DNA of 64,000 nt from the NCBI GenBank assembly GCA_052034235.1, contig JBPOIT010000014.1, positions 1,924 through 65,923 on the forward strand, written 5' to 3'. The position numbers and the translations under genes are program-made. The DNA comes from Candidatus Levyibacteriota bacterium. GTDB lineage: Bacteria; Patescibacteriota; Microgenomatia; Levybacterales; UBA12049. The notes beneath the pieces are model-generated. The model saw nothing but the letters and a program-made list of their open reading frames with translations, searched no databases and was not told the origin of the DNA. Of the stretch, positions 28,923 through 38,841 are shown piece after piece (position 1 is the stretch's first letter; the number at the start of each line of letters is the position of its first letter).

Positions 28923-28956
28923 GGGTATGGGTAGAAAAAATTTTCTATCCATACCC
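28923..28956 (+). terminator. Long near-perfect inverted repeat; hairpin or attenuator-like
   Basis: GGGTATGGGTAGAAAA/AA/TTTTCTATCCATACCC gives a 12-bp stem with one G-U pair. No T-tract follows. Contains GGGTAT twice. Confidence 0.35.
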
Positions 28957-28987
28957 TACATACCATTGAAAGGAGGTGAATAAAATT

Positions 28988-29293
28988 ATGGAAAAAAACA
29001 CACATAAAATAAGTCCTGTTGCGGCTGGAATCACTGGGTTGGTTCTCGGCATCGTAGGTACAGCTGCCGTTGCTTTGTCGGATAAACAAACGCGGACAAA
29101 AATGACAAAAAAAGCAAATGAAGTAAAAGACAATTTAGAAAAATGGAGTAAAGATACACTTCATGACCTTCATGCAGCATCAAGTGACATGCAGCAAAAA
29201 GCGGCTGATAAAGTAGACGAGCTATACACAGAAGATTCTTCAGATGATTCAGCACGTAAAAAAACGCACGAGGATTTAGGTGAAGTTAAATAG
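28988..29293 (+). CDS. YtxH-like general-stress protein
   Basis: N-terminal single TM helix (AAGITGLVLGIVGTAAVAL), then a charged helical region. SD GGAGGTGAATAAAATT precedes the ATG. Confidence 0.45.
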   Translation: MEKNTHKISPVAAGITGLVLGIVGTAAVALSDKQTRTKMTKKANEVKDNLEKWSKDTLHDLHAASSDMQQKAADKVDELYTEDSSDDSARKKTHEDLGEVK

Positions 29294-29310
29294 CTTCAAC
29301 GTTTCTACGT

Positions 29311-29988
29311 TTACAGATTAGACAAAGATTCGAGCCGCTTCAAGTCTTTAATGATAATGAAGCGGCCGGATTTTGTGAGAAGTCCTTGACGTTCTAATTT
29401 CTTCATCTCGAGTGATGTAGTTTCTCTCGTTATCCCTACCAGTGCTGCTATATCTTTATGCGTGAGAGGTATTTTTACCACTGTTTCTCCTTGAAATTCT
29501 TCACCAAAACCTTTGGCACACATTAACAAAGCAGCAGCAACTTTCACTGAGGCATTACAAAAAAAGAGTGATTCCATTCTACTTAGGACATTATCAAACC
29601 TTATCAATATTTTTGTTGTTAATTCATAAAATAATTCAGAATCAGATTTTATAAATTGCAAAAACTGTTCTTGAGGAGATTTCCATAATTCAAGAGTTGT
29701 GACTGCTTCTAAATGATAAGGATGGGAAGTATTATTAAGTGCATAACTAAGCGGAAAAAAATCTTTAGGCTTAAGGATTGTAAGTGTTAATTCCACACCA
29801 TCTTCAGAAATTCGATATACCCTTACGTACCCACTTTTAATATAGAACACTGTTGAAGGAGAATCATTGGGATGAAAAATGAGTGTGCGTTTTTTGTAAG
29901 TGAAAACCTTCGTCATCTGAAAAAAATTTTCAAGCTTTGCAACTAATTGACTCTCACTCATAACTGTAACCCATATTACAGACAGCAT
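29311..29988 (-). CDS. Crp/Fnr-family transcriptional regulator
   Basis: cNMP-binding beta-roll followed by the C-terminal HTH IAALVGITRETTSLEMKKLERQGLL. Confidence 0.8.
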   Translation of the reverse strand: MLSVIWVTVMSESQLVAKLENFFQMTKVFTYKKRTLIFHPNDSPSTVFYIKSGYVRVYRISEDGVELTLTILKPKDFFPLSYALNNTSHPYHLEAVTTLELWKSPQEQFLQFIKSDSELFYELTTKILIRFDNVLSRMESLFFCNASVKVAAALLMCAKGFGEEFQGETVVKIPLTHKDIAALVGITRETTSLEMKKLERQGLLTKSGRFIIIKDLKRLESLSNL

Positions 29989-30091
29989 ATAGCAAACTTA
30001 TAAAAATAAGGTAAGAATTCATTAAGAATAGAGAAAACTATAGCAGCACTGCTTGCAAATAGTATGCTATTTGCTATGATACTTCATATAT

Positions 30092-31261
30092 ATGGACTAC
30101 GAAAAAGTATTAGAGAACCTCAATGCTTCTGCTTTGAAACTCATGGAATCTCAATCTTTAGAAGCACTTTGTGCAACTATCGTTACGGAAGCCAGAAAGC
30201 TGGTAAATGCAGAGCACGGTTCAATCTTTTTATCCCGCGATGAAAAACTTGAAAGGATGTATACCTCATCGCCTATTCTTTCCAAGCTAAAAATTAATAA
30301 AAAAGGATATACAGAAAAAGCATTTAAACTCCGAACACTTATTCTTCTCAAGGGCAAAAAACTAGAAAAAAGTAATCCTAAAATTGCACTGGTGAAAGCA
30401 AAATCACTTGTCATGATTCCACTTTCACATCGTACAAACTCGATAGGTGTTTTGAGTATGTATTTTGTAGAGGAAGAGCATTTCTCTGCTAAAGAACTTC
30501 ATATATTAAAACTTTATGGTTCCATGGCAAGTCTTGCTATCGCACGAACAAGACATTATGAAGCCACGACGAATGCATTAGAATTACGTGACAGATTTAT
30601 TTCTTTAGCATCTCATGAACTCCGCACACCACTCACATCGATCAATGGTTATATTCAACTGTTGTATAGTAAACTCGCTGATAAAGACACTATTGAATCT
30701 CGATGGATTAAGGAACTTTATAATGAAAGTAATCGCATGACAACGCTTGTTAAAGATTTACTTGATGTTAATCGTATTAAACAGGGGCAGCTAGCATTTG
30801 TTTTTAGTGAGGTTTCGATGGTAGATGTGGTAAGTAAAGTAATCGAGAAAATGCATGCAATCTATCCAGAACGTGTTATTCAATTAAAAAACTCTGTCAC
30901 ACAAAAAAAAGATACGGTAATTGGAGATCATGAAAAACTGTCGGAAATGATATCCGCAATCCTTGAAAATGCTATTAAATTTTCAAAAACCACATCGAGA
31001 ATTACTGTTGCCGTTTCTTATAAAAAAAGTACTGTCAGTATTAAAATTACTGACGAAGGAAAAGGTATCCCACCGCAAGACTTAGATAGTATTTTCGAAG
31101 GATTTTACAAAACAAAACATAGCAAGGAAAAAGAAGGTATGGGAATTGGCTTATTACTGGCAAAACATGTCATCCAATTACATAAAGGGAAAATTAACAT
31201 CTCCTCTGAGGAAAATAAAGGGACAATCGTGATTGTAGATCTGCCCGCTGCAAAAATTTAA
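30092..31261 (+). CDS. Cytoplasmic GAF-domain histidine kinase
   Basis: No TM segment; GAF-like N-terminus; H-box ISLASHELRTPLTSINGY; HATPase N/G boxes. Confidence 0.8.
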   Translation: MDYEKVLENLNASALKLMESQSLEALCATIVTEARKLVNAEHGSIFLSRDEKLERMYTSSPILSKLKINKKGYTEKAFKLRTLILLKGKKLEKSNPKIALVKAKSLVMIPLSHRTNSIGVLSMYFVEEEHFSAKELHILKLYGSMASLAIARTRHYEATTNALELRDRFISLASHELRTPLTSINGYIQLLYSKLADKDTIESRWIKELYNESNRMTTLVKDLLDVNRIKQGQLAFVFSEVSMVDVVSKVIEKMHAIYPERVIQLKNSVTQKKDTVIGDHEKLSEMISAILENAIKFSKTTSRITVAVSYKKSTVSIKITDEGKGIPPQDLDSIFEGFYKTKHSKEKEGMGIGLLLAKHVIQLHKGKINISSEENKGTIVIVDLPAAKI

Positions 31262-31262
31262 G

Positions 31263-31946
31263 TTATTCTTTTATTACGTAACCAAAACCTCTGACGGAAT
31301 GAAGAAGTTTTTTTGGATAACCGTTATCAACTTTCTTTCTCAGATATCCCATGTAGACATCAACGACTCTTGTTTCAACATCACTTGAGTAAAGCCAAAT
31401 TCGTGAGAGAATCATTTCCCGTGTCAAAATTCTTCCTTTGTTACTCATTAAATATTGTAAGAGTTTAAATTCTTGCGGAGTAAGCTGGATGATCTTGCCA
31501 TTTCGTTTTACTTCCATTGTTTTACTATCAAGTTCAAGATCAAGAATTTTTAACTTTGTATCAGTATCCGACTGTTTTCGCAAACGTGCCTTAACACGTG
31601 CAAGAAATTCATCAGCTATGAACGGTTTGGTCATATAATCATCAGCACCTAAATTCAAACCTTGTACGATATCATTTATTGAATCTTTTGCTGTAAGGAT
31701 AATAATGGGGAGGTCTTTATGTTTCTTGCGGATTTCCTGAGTTACTGCTTCTCCACCCATTGTCGGAAGGCCTAAGTCCATAACAACAAGATCTGGTTCT
31801 GCTTTTTTAAAATATTCAAGTGCTTGAATGCCGTCTGATGCTGTATGTACAGCATACCCATTATCAAGAAGTAATTCTTTAAGATATTTCTGAAGTCCTT
31901 TGTCGTCCTCAACTACCAGGATTGTGTGAACCATAGCAGAGTGCAT
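31263..31946 (-). CDS. OmpR/PhoB-family response regulator
   Basis: Receiver ILVVEDD..LVVMDLGLP, plus a winged-helix C-terminus ending VRGFGYVIKE. Start set at MHSAMVH. Confidence 0.8.
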   Translation of the reverse strand: MHSAMVHTILVVEDDKGLQKYLKELLLDNGYAVHTASDGIQALEYFKKAEPDLVVMDLGLPTMGGEAVTQEIRKKHKDLPIIILTAKDSINDIVQGLNLGADDYMTKPFIADEFLARVKARLRKQSDTDTKLKILDLELDSKTMEVKRNGKIIQLTPQEFKLLQYLMSNKGRILTREMILSRIWLYSSDVETRVVDVYMGYLRKKVDNGYPKKLLHSVRGFGYVIKE

Positions 31947-32044
31947 TATAGCAGGAAGGATGTTCAATGAGCAATATGTAAGAAAATATTCTTTCAGAAA
32001 TCTTACGCAACAATTATATTGACTCAACAATCAAAACTGCACAG

Positions 32045-32587
32045 TTATCTTTTTTTATTTTTCCAATATTTTTCCCACTCGGGAAGCTCGGAAATTGTTT
32101 CTTTGCGAATGACGTTATCAATAAACATAACGCCATTGAGGTGGTCAATTTCGTGTTGAAAAACTCTAGCATGAAAATCATCATCAATTTCAAACCGAAC
32201 CTTAACTCCATCACGATCTAGACCTTCTACAATACACGAAGCAGCTCTCGGAACAAGCGCTCGCAGAGCAGCAGATAAATCTCCCTCCCAATCTTCCCTT
32301 ATCTCTTTGGAAGAAGAAACGATAACTGGATTAATCACTAGCGTTAAAGGAAATGGTTTTCTATTTGGATAACGAGGATTCTTAGGATTCACATGCACAA
32401 CAATAATTCGCTTGTTAACTCCTACTTGCGGCGCCGCGATACCAACACCGTTACCTGCGATACACGTTTCGACTAAGTTGTCGAGGAATTGCTGCATGAG
32501 AGAAGACTTCAATGTTTCAAGTGAAACCTTTTGTGATTTTTTTCGAAGTTTTGGATGCCCTAAATGAATAATTGGTAAAACTGACAT
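32045..32587 (-). CDS. def: Peptide deformylase
   Basis: Motif I GVGIAAPQVG and motif III QHEIDHLNG. Motif II is atypical (ASCIVEG). Confidence 0.8.
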   Translation of the reverse strand: MSVLPIIHLGHPKLRKKSQKVSLETLKSSLMQQFLDNLVETCIAGNGVGIAAPQVGVNKRIIVVHVNPKNPRYPNRKPFPLTLVINPVIVSSSKEIREDWEGDLSAALRALVPRAASCIVEGLDRDGVKVRFEIDDDFHARVFQHEIDHLNGVMFIDNVIRKETISELPEWEKYWKNKKR

Positions 32588-32793
32588 ATTTACTATATCA
32601 ATAGCTTACGTATTATACCAAATAAAGATGAGCCTGAAAGGAGAAAATAATACGTGTTCTCATTTTTATTTTGAAATGGCAATGAATGTTAAAGCTGAGG
32701 TTAATAATACATCATTTATGCGAAATAATACGAACGAAGTGTAAGAATATTTTACCCACCTTACCTAATTCTTACCAGTTTTTTATATAGGAC

Positions 32794-34191
32794 TTGACTC
32801 TTTATAACATTTTTCTTACACTTGCTCCACTTCCAACAGGTGTATCAAAAAATATCAAACTCTGCCATATGGTATTATTTTTTCAAAAATTCAATTTATA
32901 TAGAAAACAAAAACGCAATGCTTATATAACATATCCAAAAAAACGGCATGCAAGAGCCGGGGAAGTCATTTGGTCCTTTGTCACCTATTCTTTAGCTTTT
33001 ACCTGCCTGATGCTGGTCTTTGCAATTGGCACTCCTGCTGACTTAAGAAATTCACTTATTTCTCCAATTGTCGAATCATTTAAACCCCTCATGCCGCTAA
33101 ATGAAGGGAAAACGGGATATCAAGTTTATGGCTATGCTCCCTATTGGACGTTTAATAAACTAGATAACGTCGACTTCTCAACCCTAACCACACTTGCATA
33201 CTTCGGAGTCCCAATCGATAGTGAAGGAAATCTCGTTAAAGAGGATCCAGGATATGTTACCTTTATGAGTGACAGGGCAACACAAACTTTTAAAAAAGCT
33301 CACGCGGCCGGGACAAAAGTGAACCTCACAGTGACCCTCATGGAGAATGAAAAAATTCTTGCATTTCTCGATAGTGAAGTAGCACAGCAAAATGCAATTA
33401 ATCAGATTGTCCGTGAGGTTAAAAACCGGGGAATCGATGGCGTAAGTATTGATATCGAATATGCTGGCAATCCTGGTAAATCGTATCGAAAAGCATATAC
33501 GGCATTTGTTAAAACCCTTAGTGAACGCATACACACTGATATCCCGAAGTCGCAGGTAACAGTGGCAGTGTATGCACTCTCTGCCAAAAATCCGCAGTTA
33601 TATGATATCGGTGCGTTATCACAATCTGCTGATCAAATCTTTATGATGGCCTATGATTTTGCAGCAGCTGGTTCAGATACTGCTGCGCCAACTGCTCCGC
33701 TTTATGGTTATAAGGAAGGGAAATATCCATATGATATAGCAACAGCAGTACAAGATTTTCTTAGCGTTATGCCTTCTGAAAAATTAATCCTTGGCGTTCC
33801 ATATTATGGTTACAACTATCATGTCGTTTCGCCAGAGATAAATAGTGAAACTTACTCATACGTTGGAAGTGACGTCCAAACATATACCGCAGCACAAGAA
33901 GATGTCACCCCCTCCGAGGCAGAAACATACCGAGATGGTTGGGACAATGAGGGGAAGATTAACTGGAAAGCATATTATGACAACGACAATGAAACATGGC
34001 GAATGATTTTTACTGAAGATGCAAAATCACTTGGTCTTAAGTACGATTTTGCCAAAGAAAACCAATTAGCCGGTGTCGGAATTTGGGCGCTCGGTTTCGA
34101 TCATGGCCGAACGGAACTTTGGACATTGCTGAAAGATAAATTCGGAGTCAAAAATGTAGCTGATAGTCGTGGACTATTATATAAGGAGTAA
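32794..34191 (+). CDS. Membrane-anchored GH18-family glycoside hydrolase (chitinase / YaaH-like)
   Basis: GIDGVSIDIEY is a variant of the catalytic DGxDxDxE motif. TM helix near the N-terminus; the true start is uncertain. Confidence 0.65.
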   Translation: MTLYNIFLTLAPLPTGVSKNIKLCHMVLFFQKFNLYRKQKRNAYITYPKKRHARAGEVIWSFVTYSLAFTCLMLVFAIGTPADLRNSLISPIVESFKPLMPLNEGKTGYQVYGYAPYWTFNKLDNVDFSTLTTLAYFGVPIDSEGNLVKEDPGYVTFMSDRATQTFKKAHAAGTKVNLTVTLMENEKILAFLDSEVAQQNAINQIVREVKNRGIDGVSIDIEYAGNPGKSYRKAYTAFVKTLSERIHTDIPKSQVTVAVYALSAKNPQLYDIGALSQSADQIFMMAYDFAAAGSDTAAPTAPLYGYKEGKYPYDIATAVQDFLSVMPSEKLILGVPYYGYNYHVVSPEINSETYSYVGSDVQTYTAAQEDVTPSEAETYRDGWDNEGKINWKAYYDNDNETWRMIFTEDAKSLGLKYDFAKENQLAGVGIWALGFDHGRTELWTLLKDKFGVKNVADSRGLLYKE

Positions 34192-34193
34192 TT

Positions 34194-35273
34194 ATGCGAG
34201 AAGAAATTGCAAAAACATTTGGAATATCAAAACAACAGTTGAAAGTATTCGTGCTGGCATTCCTCGCCATGTTTATCATAAGCAGCTTACAGTTTTTGGG
34301 AGTACGCTCTCCCTGGAAGCCTCCAAAACTGACAATGCCAATTCCGCAGCAACAACCATCAACAATTGAAGATATAAAACCTCAATTGGAAGAAATCCCA
34401 AGTAAATTCACGCTTAAGAAGGAAACAACATTTATACCCCAAACATACGCAGCTGAAGATATAGATGAGTTACCAGCATATGCGGTAATAGACATCGACA
34501 CAGGAGAAATTATAAAAGAAAAAAACGGCTCAAAACAATTACCCATAGCGTCTATTACAAAAGTTATGACCGCCGTTGTAGGGCTTGATTTAGCCGAGCC
34601 CAACGAGCGCTTCACAATTGATAAACAGGCAGCTTCAATGATACCAACGAAAATAGGGATTGTTCCAAATGAAAAAATGACCTTTGAGGAACTGTTGACT
34701 GCATCATTACTGACATCAGCTAATGATGCAACTCAACAAATACGTAACAGCATAGACAAGAAATATGGCGAGCCAATTTTCATAAAGGCAATGAATCATA
34801 AAGCTGCCTTTCTTAACCTAACGAATACACATTTTTCTAATGCGATGGGATTTGATAGCTCTGAGAATTATAGTAGCGCAGAAGATTTAGCAAGACTCGC
34901 AGAATATGCATTGACCAATTATCCTTTATTTGAAGAACTCGTACAAAAAGAATCAGCAATCCTTAACGCGGATGAATATCATAAACGATTTGATCTCTAC
35001 AATTGGAACGGCTTGATAGGTGTTTATCCCGGAGTGCATGGAATTAAAATTGGCAATACGGATGAGGCAGGCAAAACAACACTCGTATATGCAAATCGAG
35101 AAGGCAAAAGACTGGTAGCTGTTGTACTCGGTGCTCCTGGAATCCTACAGCGAGACCTTTGGGCAGCAAAACTACTTGATATTGGTTATGAAAAAACTTT
35201 GGGACTCACACATGTTAATGTGACTGAAGAACAATTAGCTGCTAAATACAGTACTTGGCAGTATTGGAATTAA
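34194..35273 (+). CDS. Serine-type D-Ala-D-Ala carboxypeptidase (PBP5/DacA-like, S11)
   Basis: SITKVMT (SxxK), SANDA (SxN) and KIGNT (KTG-like). Confidence 0.8.
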   Translation: MREEIAKTFGISKQQLKVFVLAFLAMFIISSLQFLGVRSPWKPPKLTMPIPQQQPSTIEDIKPQLEEIPSKFTLKKETTFIPQTYAAEDIDELPAYAVIDIDTGEIIKEKNGSKQLPIASITKVMTAVVGLDLAEPNERFTIDKQAASMIPTKIGIVPNEKMTFEELLTASLLTSANDATQQIRNSIDKKYGEPIFIKAMNHKAAFLNLTNTHFSNAMGFDSSENYSSAEDLARLAEYALTNYPLFEELVQKESAILNADEYHKRFDLYNWNGLIGVYPGVHGIKIGNTDEAGKTTLVYANREGKRLVAVVLGAPGILQRDLWAAKLLDIGYEKTLGLTHVNVTEEQLAAKYSTWQYWN

Positions 35274-35574
35274 AAAAAGCTGATTGCCATTACTGTGAAA
35301 ATATGTCAAACTAGTCATTCATAGGAATAAGGACTATAAAAGGAGGTGATAATGTATGCAAGAGTTTATACGTAAAGTCATTGAATTTTTCAAGGGTAAA
35401 AGACCAGCCTACGCTCCGGTTAGAGTTAATTAGTCACCGCTTCATATTTATTAGATGCTTTTAACGTTTTCTTAATCATCTTATTGTTCTCCATTTTTTT
35501 AAGATCATTCACGCTCAATAGACTTGACAAAGCACCCTCAATTTACGAAGATAGAAGTAGACTCCAAATAATGA

Positions 35575-37080
35575 ATGAAATTAACGATACGTACCAAACT
35601 TCTTCTTGGATTTAGCATTTTTATTGCTTTCTCTCTTCTCATTCAATCTTTAGCGTTTCTCACGATCAGGCAGTATATTCCAAATTTTCACGCAGTTGAA
35701 GCTTTTTTTATACTTCTTCTTATACCGTCGGGATTGCTACTGCTTACAGCGTATCTCGTTAGCGGTAATTTAACCCGTGCCATCAGGCTGCTGCACCAAT
35801 CAGTAAATGATGTGAGTCAAGGGCAACTACACCCGACTGTTGTTTTGAAAACTGGTGATGAAATTGAAGAATTGTCTACAGCATTTTCTTCACTTGTTGA
35901 GCAACTCTTGCAACGTGAGAACAATCTGAAAAAAGAAAAACAAGAAAACGAAATTATTCTCCAATCACTGACAGATGGCGTGGTGGTATTGGATCAGGAT
36001 AGTAAAGTCATTATGTTTAATAAAGCAGCAGAAAAAGAAACTGGTTTGACCTTCGATTTAGTAAAGGGTAAACCTGTTGATGAAGTGCTTCATTTTTACG
36101 AGAACATGGAAGTCGTACCCTTTGCAACATATAATGACCAATCAGAGAATATGGTTCGTAAACTCAGAGAGAAAGGCATAACGTTGAGTAATAGTGCAGG
36201 AGAAAAACGCATTGTATCACTCACAATTGCTCCCGTAGTCTTTCAGGATCAGAGAACGGGTTTCATAATTGCATTCCATGATGTATCAAAAGAGACAGAA
36301 CTCGAGGAGATGAAACTTGATTTTGTTTCGATGGCCGCCCATGAACTTAGGACACCGCTTACGGCAATTAGAGGATATGCCGATCTTATCGAAATGCAAA
36401 ACGCTGAAGATCTTGACGATACAGGACGCGAGCTTATCAACCGGTTACAAATTAGTAGTGCAAATTTAGGAAACCTGATCGATAACTTACTAAGTGTTTC
36501 CAGAATTGAACGTAATATGTTCAGTGTTGATGCAAAACCTGTTGACCTTACCAAGACTATTGCAGGTGTCGTCGATAATCTGCGCCAAACTGCCGAGACA
36601 AAGCATCAGACAATTACCTTTAATAGACCACATGAATTGCCAGTCGTACTCGCTGATGCCTTTAGAATAGGACAAGTTCTGGCAAATCTTATCGCAAATG
36701 CAATTAATTATACACAGGAAGGTGGATCGATCACTGTAGCCATTGATAAGAAAGATGGCTTTTTAGAAATTTCAGTTAGTGATAACGGACCTGGCATACC
36801 TCCTGAACCGCTTAGGAAGCTCTTTACCAAGTTCTTTAGAGTATCTGGTGCACTTGAACAAGGATCCAAAGGAACAGGGCTTGGGCTGTTTATTTCCAAA
36901 TCAATCATCACAATGCATAAAGGTAAAATCTGGGTAGATAGTGAAGTTGGTAAAGGTTCGCGATTTGCTTTTACATTACCATTGGCAGGAACACAGGATA
37001 TAGCCACGTATCAGAAGGAATCTACGAAGAGCGACTTGACAGTGAAAAATGGACAAGGTATTATAATCAGGAAAGCATAA
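35575..37080 (+). CDS. Membrane sensor histidine kinase (2 TM, HAMP, PAS, HisKA, HATPase)
   Basis: H-box FVSMAAHELRTPLTAIRGY; N box LANLIANAINYT; G box GTGLGLFI. Confidence 0.85.
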   Translation: MKLTIRTKLLLGFSIFIAFSLLIQSLAFLTIRQYIPNFHAVEAFFILLLIPSGLLLLTAYLVSGNLTRAIRLLHQSVNDVSQGQLHPTVVLKTGDEIEELSTAFSSLVEQLLQRENNLKKEKQENEIILQSLTDGVVVLDQDSKVIMFNKAAEKETGLTFDLVKGKPVDEVLHFYENMEVVPFATYNDQSENMVRKLREKGITLSNSAGEKRIVSLTIAPVVFQDQRTGFIIAFHDVSKETELEEMKLDFVSMAAHELRTPLTAIRGYADLIEMQNAEDLDDTGRELINRLQISSANLGNLIDNLLSVSRIERNMFSVDAKPVDLTKTIAGVVDNLRQTAETKHQTITFNRPHELPVVLADAFRIGQVLANLIANAINYTQEGGSITVAIDKKDGFLEISVSDNGPGIPPEPLRKLFTKFFRVSGALEQGSKGTGLGLFISKSIITMHKGKIWVDSEVGKGSRFAFTLPLAGTQDIATYQKESTKSDLTVKNGQGIIIRKA

Positions 37081-37084
37081 ACTC

Positions 37085-37489
37085 ATGCGAAAGATTCTCA
37101 TTGCTGAAGACGATTTTTTTATCCGCGACATTTACAGCGAAGTGTTTACTTTGTCTGGCTATGAAGTACATGTAGCTGTCGATGGTGCTGATGCACTTGA
37201 AAAGCTAAAGAATCAAACATTTGACATGGTGCTTCTAGACATCATGATGCCAAAAATGACAGGCATTGATGTCTTAAGAAATCTCCGAACCTTCCCCGTC
37301 CCAGCGAAAGAAACACCAGTTTTTATCATAACCAACCTCGGTCAACAAAACATTATTGAGGAAGCGTTCAAAATTGGCATGGACGGATATATTATAAAAT
37401 CCCAAGTAACACCTCAGCAAATTGTGAATGAGATTAATACGTATTTTGCGGGTAAAGATAATGCTGGAAGTCCTCCTGCAGCAGTATAA
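37085..37489 (+). CDS. Stand-alone response-regulator receiver
   Basis: KILIAEDD...MVLLDIMMP. 134 aa. 4-nt gap from the upstream histidine kinase. Confidence 0.8.
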   Translation: MRKILIAEDDFFIRDIYSEVFTLSGYEVHVAVDGADALEKLKNQTFDMVLLDIMMPKMTGIDVLRNLRTFPVPAKETPVFIITNLGQQNIIEEAFKIGMDGYIIKSQVTPQQIVNEINTYFAGKDNAGSPPAAV

Positions 37490-37497
37490 AATATAAA

Positions 37498-38769
37498 TTA
37501 CCTCTTAATAATTTCTTTTCTTTCAGGTCCTGTGGAAATATAGAGAACTGGGACTCCTACTAATCGTTCGATTTCTTTGACATATTGCTGAGCACGTAAA
37601 GGCAATTTTTCAAATTTCGTTACTCCTCTGGTTGTAGATTTCCATCCTTTCATTTTCTTGTAGACCGGTTTTATTTTATTCAAAAATTCTGCATCTCCAT
37701 CATAGTAGTGTACGCTTTTACTTTGGAGTGTGTATCCTGTACAAATTTGTAATTCATCAAATTCATCTAGGACATCGAGCTTAGTTACTGCGATTCCTGT
37801 AAATCCACTTACCATTGCAGCAAATTTAATCAGTTCGGCATCAAACCACCCACATCGACGTGGTCTTCCAGTTGTTGTTCCAAATTCATGTCCTGCCTTT
37901 CGTAATTCTTCACCTGTTTCGTCTTCAAGCTCTGTCGGAAACGGTCCTGCCCCAACTCTTGTGGTATATGCTTTTACAACACCGATGGTTTGCTTAATCG
38001 AAACGGGTGGTAATCCAGCACCGGCATTGGCGCCTCCTGGAACAATCGTTGATGCTGTTGCAAATGGATAGGTGCCCCAATCATTATCCAAAAAGACTGC
38101 TTGTGCTCCTTCAAGAAGAATTGATTTGTTGGTTTTTAGCGCTTTATGCAAAAGTGGGAATGGTTCTTTTATATATGGTTGTATTTTTTTAAATAGCGTA
38201 AAGAATTCTTTTTCTACATCTTTCTGAACAAGTGGGATACCACCGAGGGCTTTAATTATTTTGTTTTTTATACGCAGTTGCACTTCAAGTTTTTTTGAAA
38301 ATTGTTCTTTATCCATCAGATCAATAATTCGTATTCCATGATAACTAACTTTATCTGCATAGACAGGCCCAATACCTCGTCCTGTTGTTCCTGTTTTATC
38401 TTTTCCTTTTGCTTCTTCATAAAGCATATCAAGCATTTTGTGATAAGGCATAATGAGATGACATCGAGGAGAAATAAAGAAACGATTTTCGAGTTTAAAA
38501 CCTGCTTTGAGGAGCATTTCAATTTCACCGGTTAAAACTTCCAAATCAATAACGGTTCCATTTGAAATACATGCTTTTGCTTTTGGAGCAAAAATACCAG
38601 AGGGCATAAGGTGCAGTGGGAATTTACCAAATTTATTTATAACAGTATGACCGGCATTATTGCCACCGTGAAATCGTACAACAAAGTCTGAAGATTCAGC
38701 AAGAAAATCTATGATTTTCCCTTTACCTTCATCACCCCACTGTGAACCAATTATTATCGTTGCTGCCAT
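37498..38769 (-). CDS. purA: Adenylosuccinate synthetase
   Basis: QWGDEGKGK and GGNNAGHTV motifs. 423 aa. Confidence 0.95.
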   Translation of the reverse strand: MAATIIIGSQWGDEGKGKIIDFLAESSDFVVRFHGGNNAGHTVINKFGKFPLHLMPSGIFAPKAKACISNGTVIDLEVLTGEIEMLLKAGFKLENRFFISPRCHLIMPYHKMLDMLYEEAKGKDKTGTTGRGIGPVYADKVSYHGIRIIDLMDKEQFSKKLEVQLRIKNKIIKALGGIPLVQKDVEKEFFTLFKKIQPYIKEPFPLLHKALKTNKSILLEGAQAVFLDNDWGTYPFATASTIVPGGANAGAGLPPVSIKQTIGVVKAYTTRVGAGPFPTELEDETGEELRKAGHEFGTTTGRPRRCGWFDAELIKFAAMVSGFTGIAVTKLDVLDEFDELQICTGYTLQSKSVHYYDGDAEFLNKIKPVYKKMKGWKSTTRGVTKFEKLPLRAQQYVKEIERLVGVPVLYISTGPERKEIIKR

Positions 38770-38841
38770 TGAAACAAAATGAGTATAGCATATTTCCTAA
38801 AAAGACGGGATATGTAAAAACGCGTGTTATACTTATAACTC

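Noticed and set aside
29330-29370. Hairpin CCGCTTCA...TGAAGCGG resembling a bidirectional terminator
   Set aside because: It lies inside the 3' coding region of the Crp/Fnr gene. It may still assist termination of the convergent ytxH-like gene, but it cannot be separated from coding constraints.
32588-32793. Possible tiny ORFs (about 22 aa) between def and the GH18 gene
   Set aside because: They are too short, lack conservation cues, and sit in a likely divergent promoter region.
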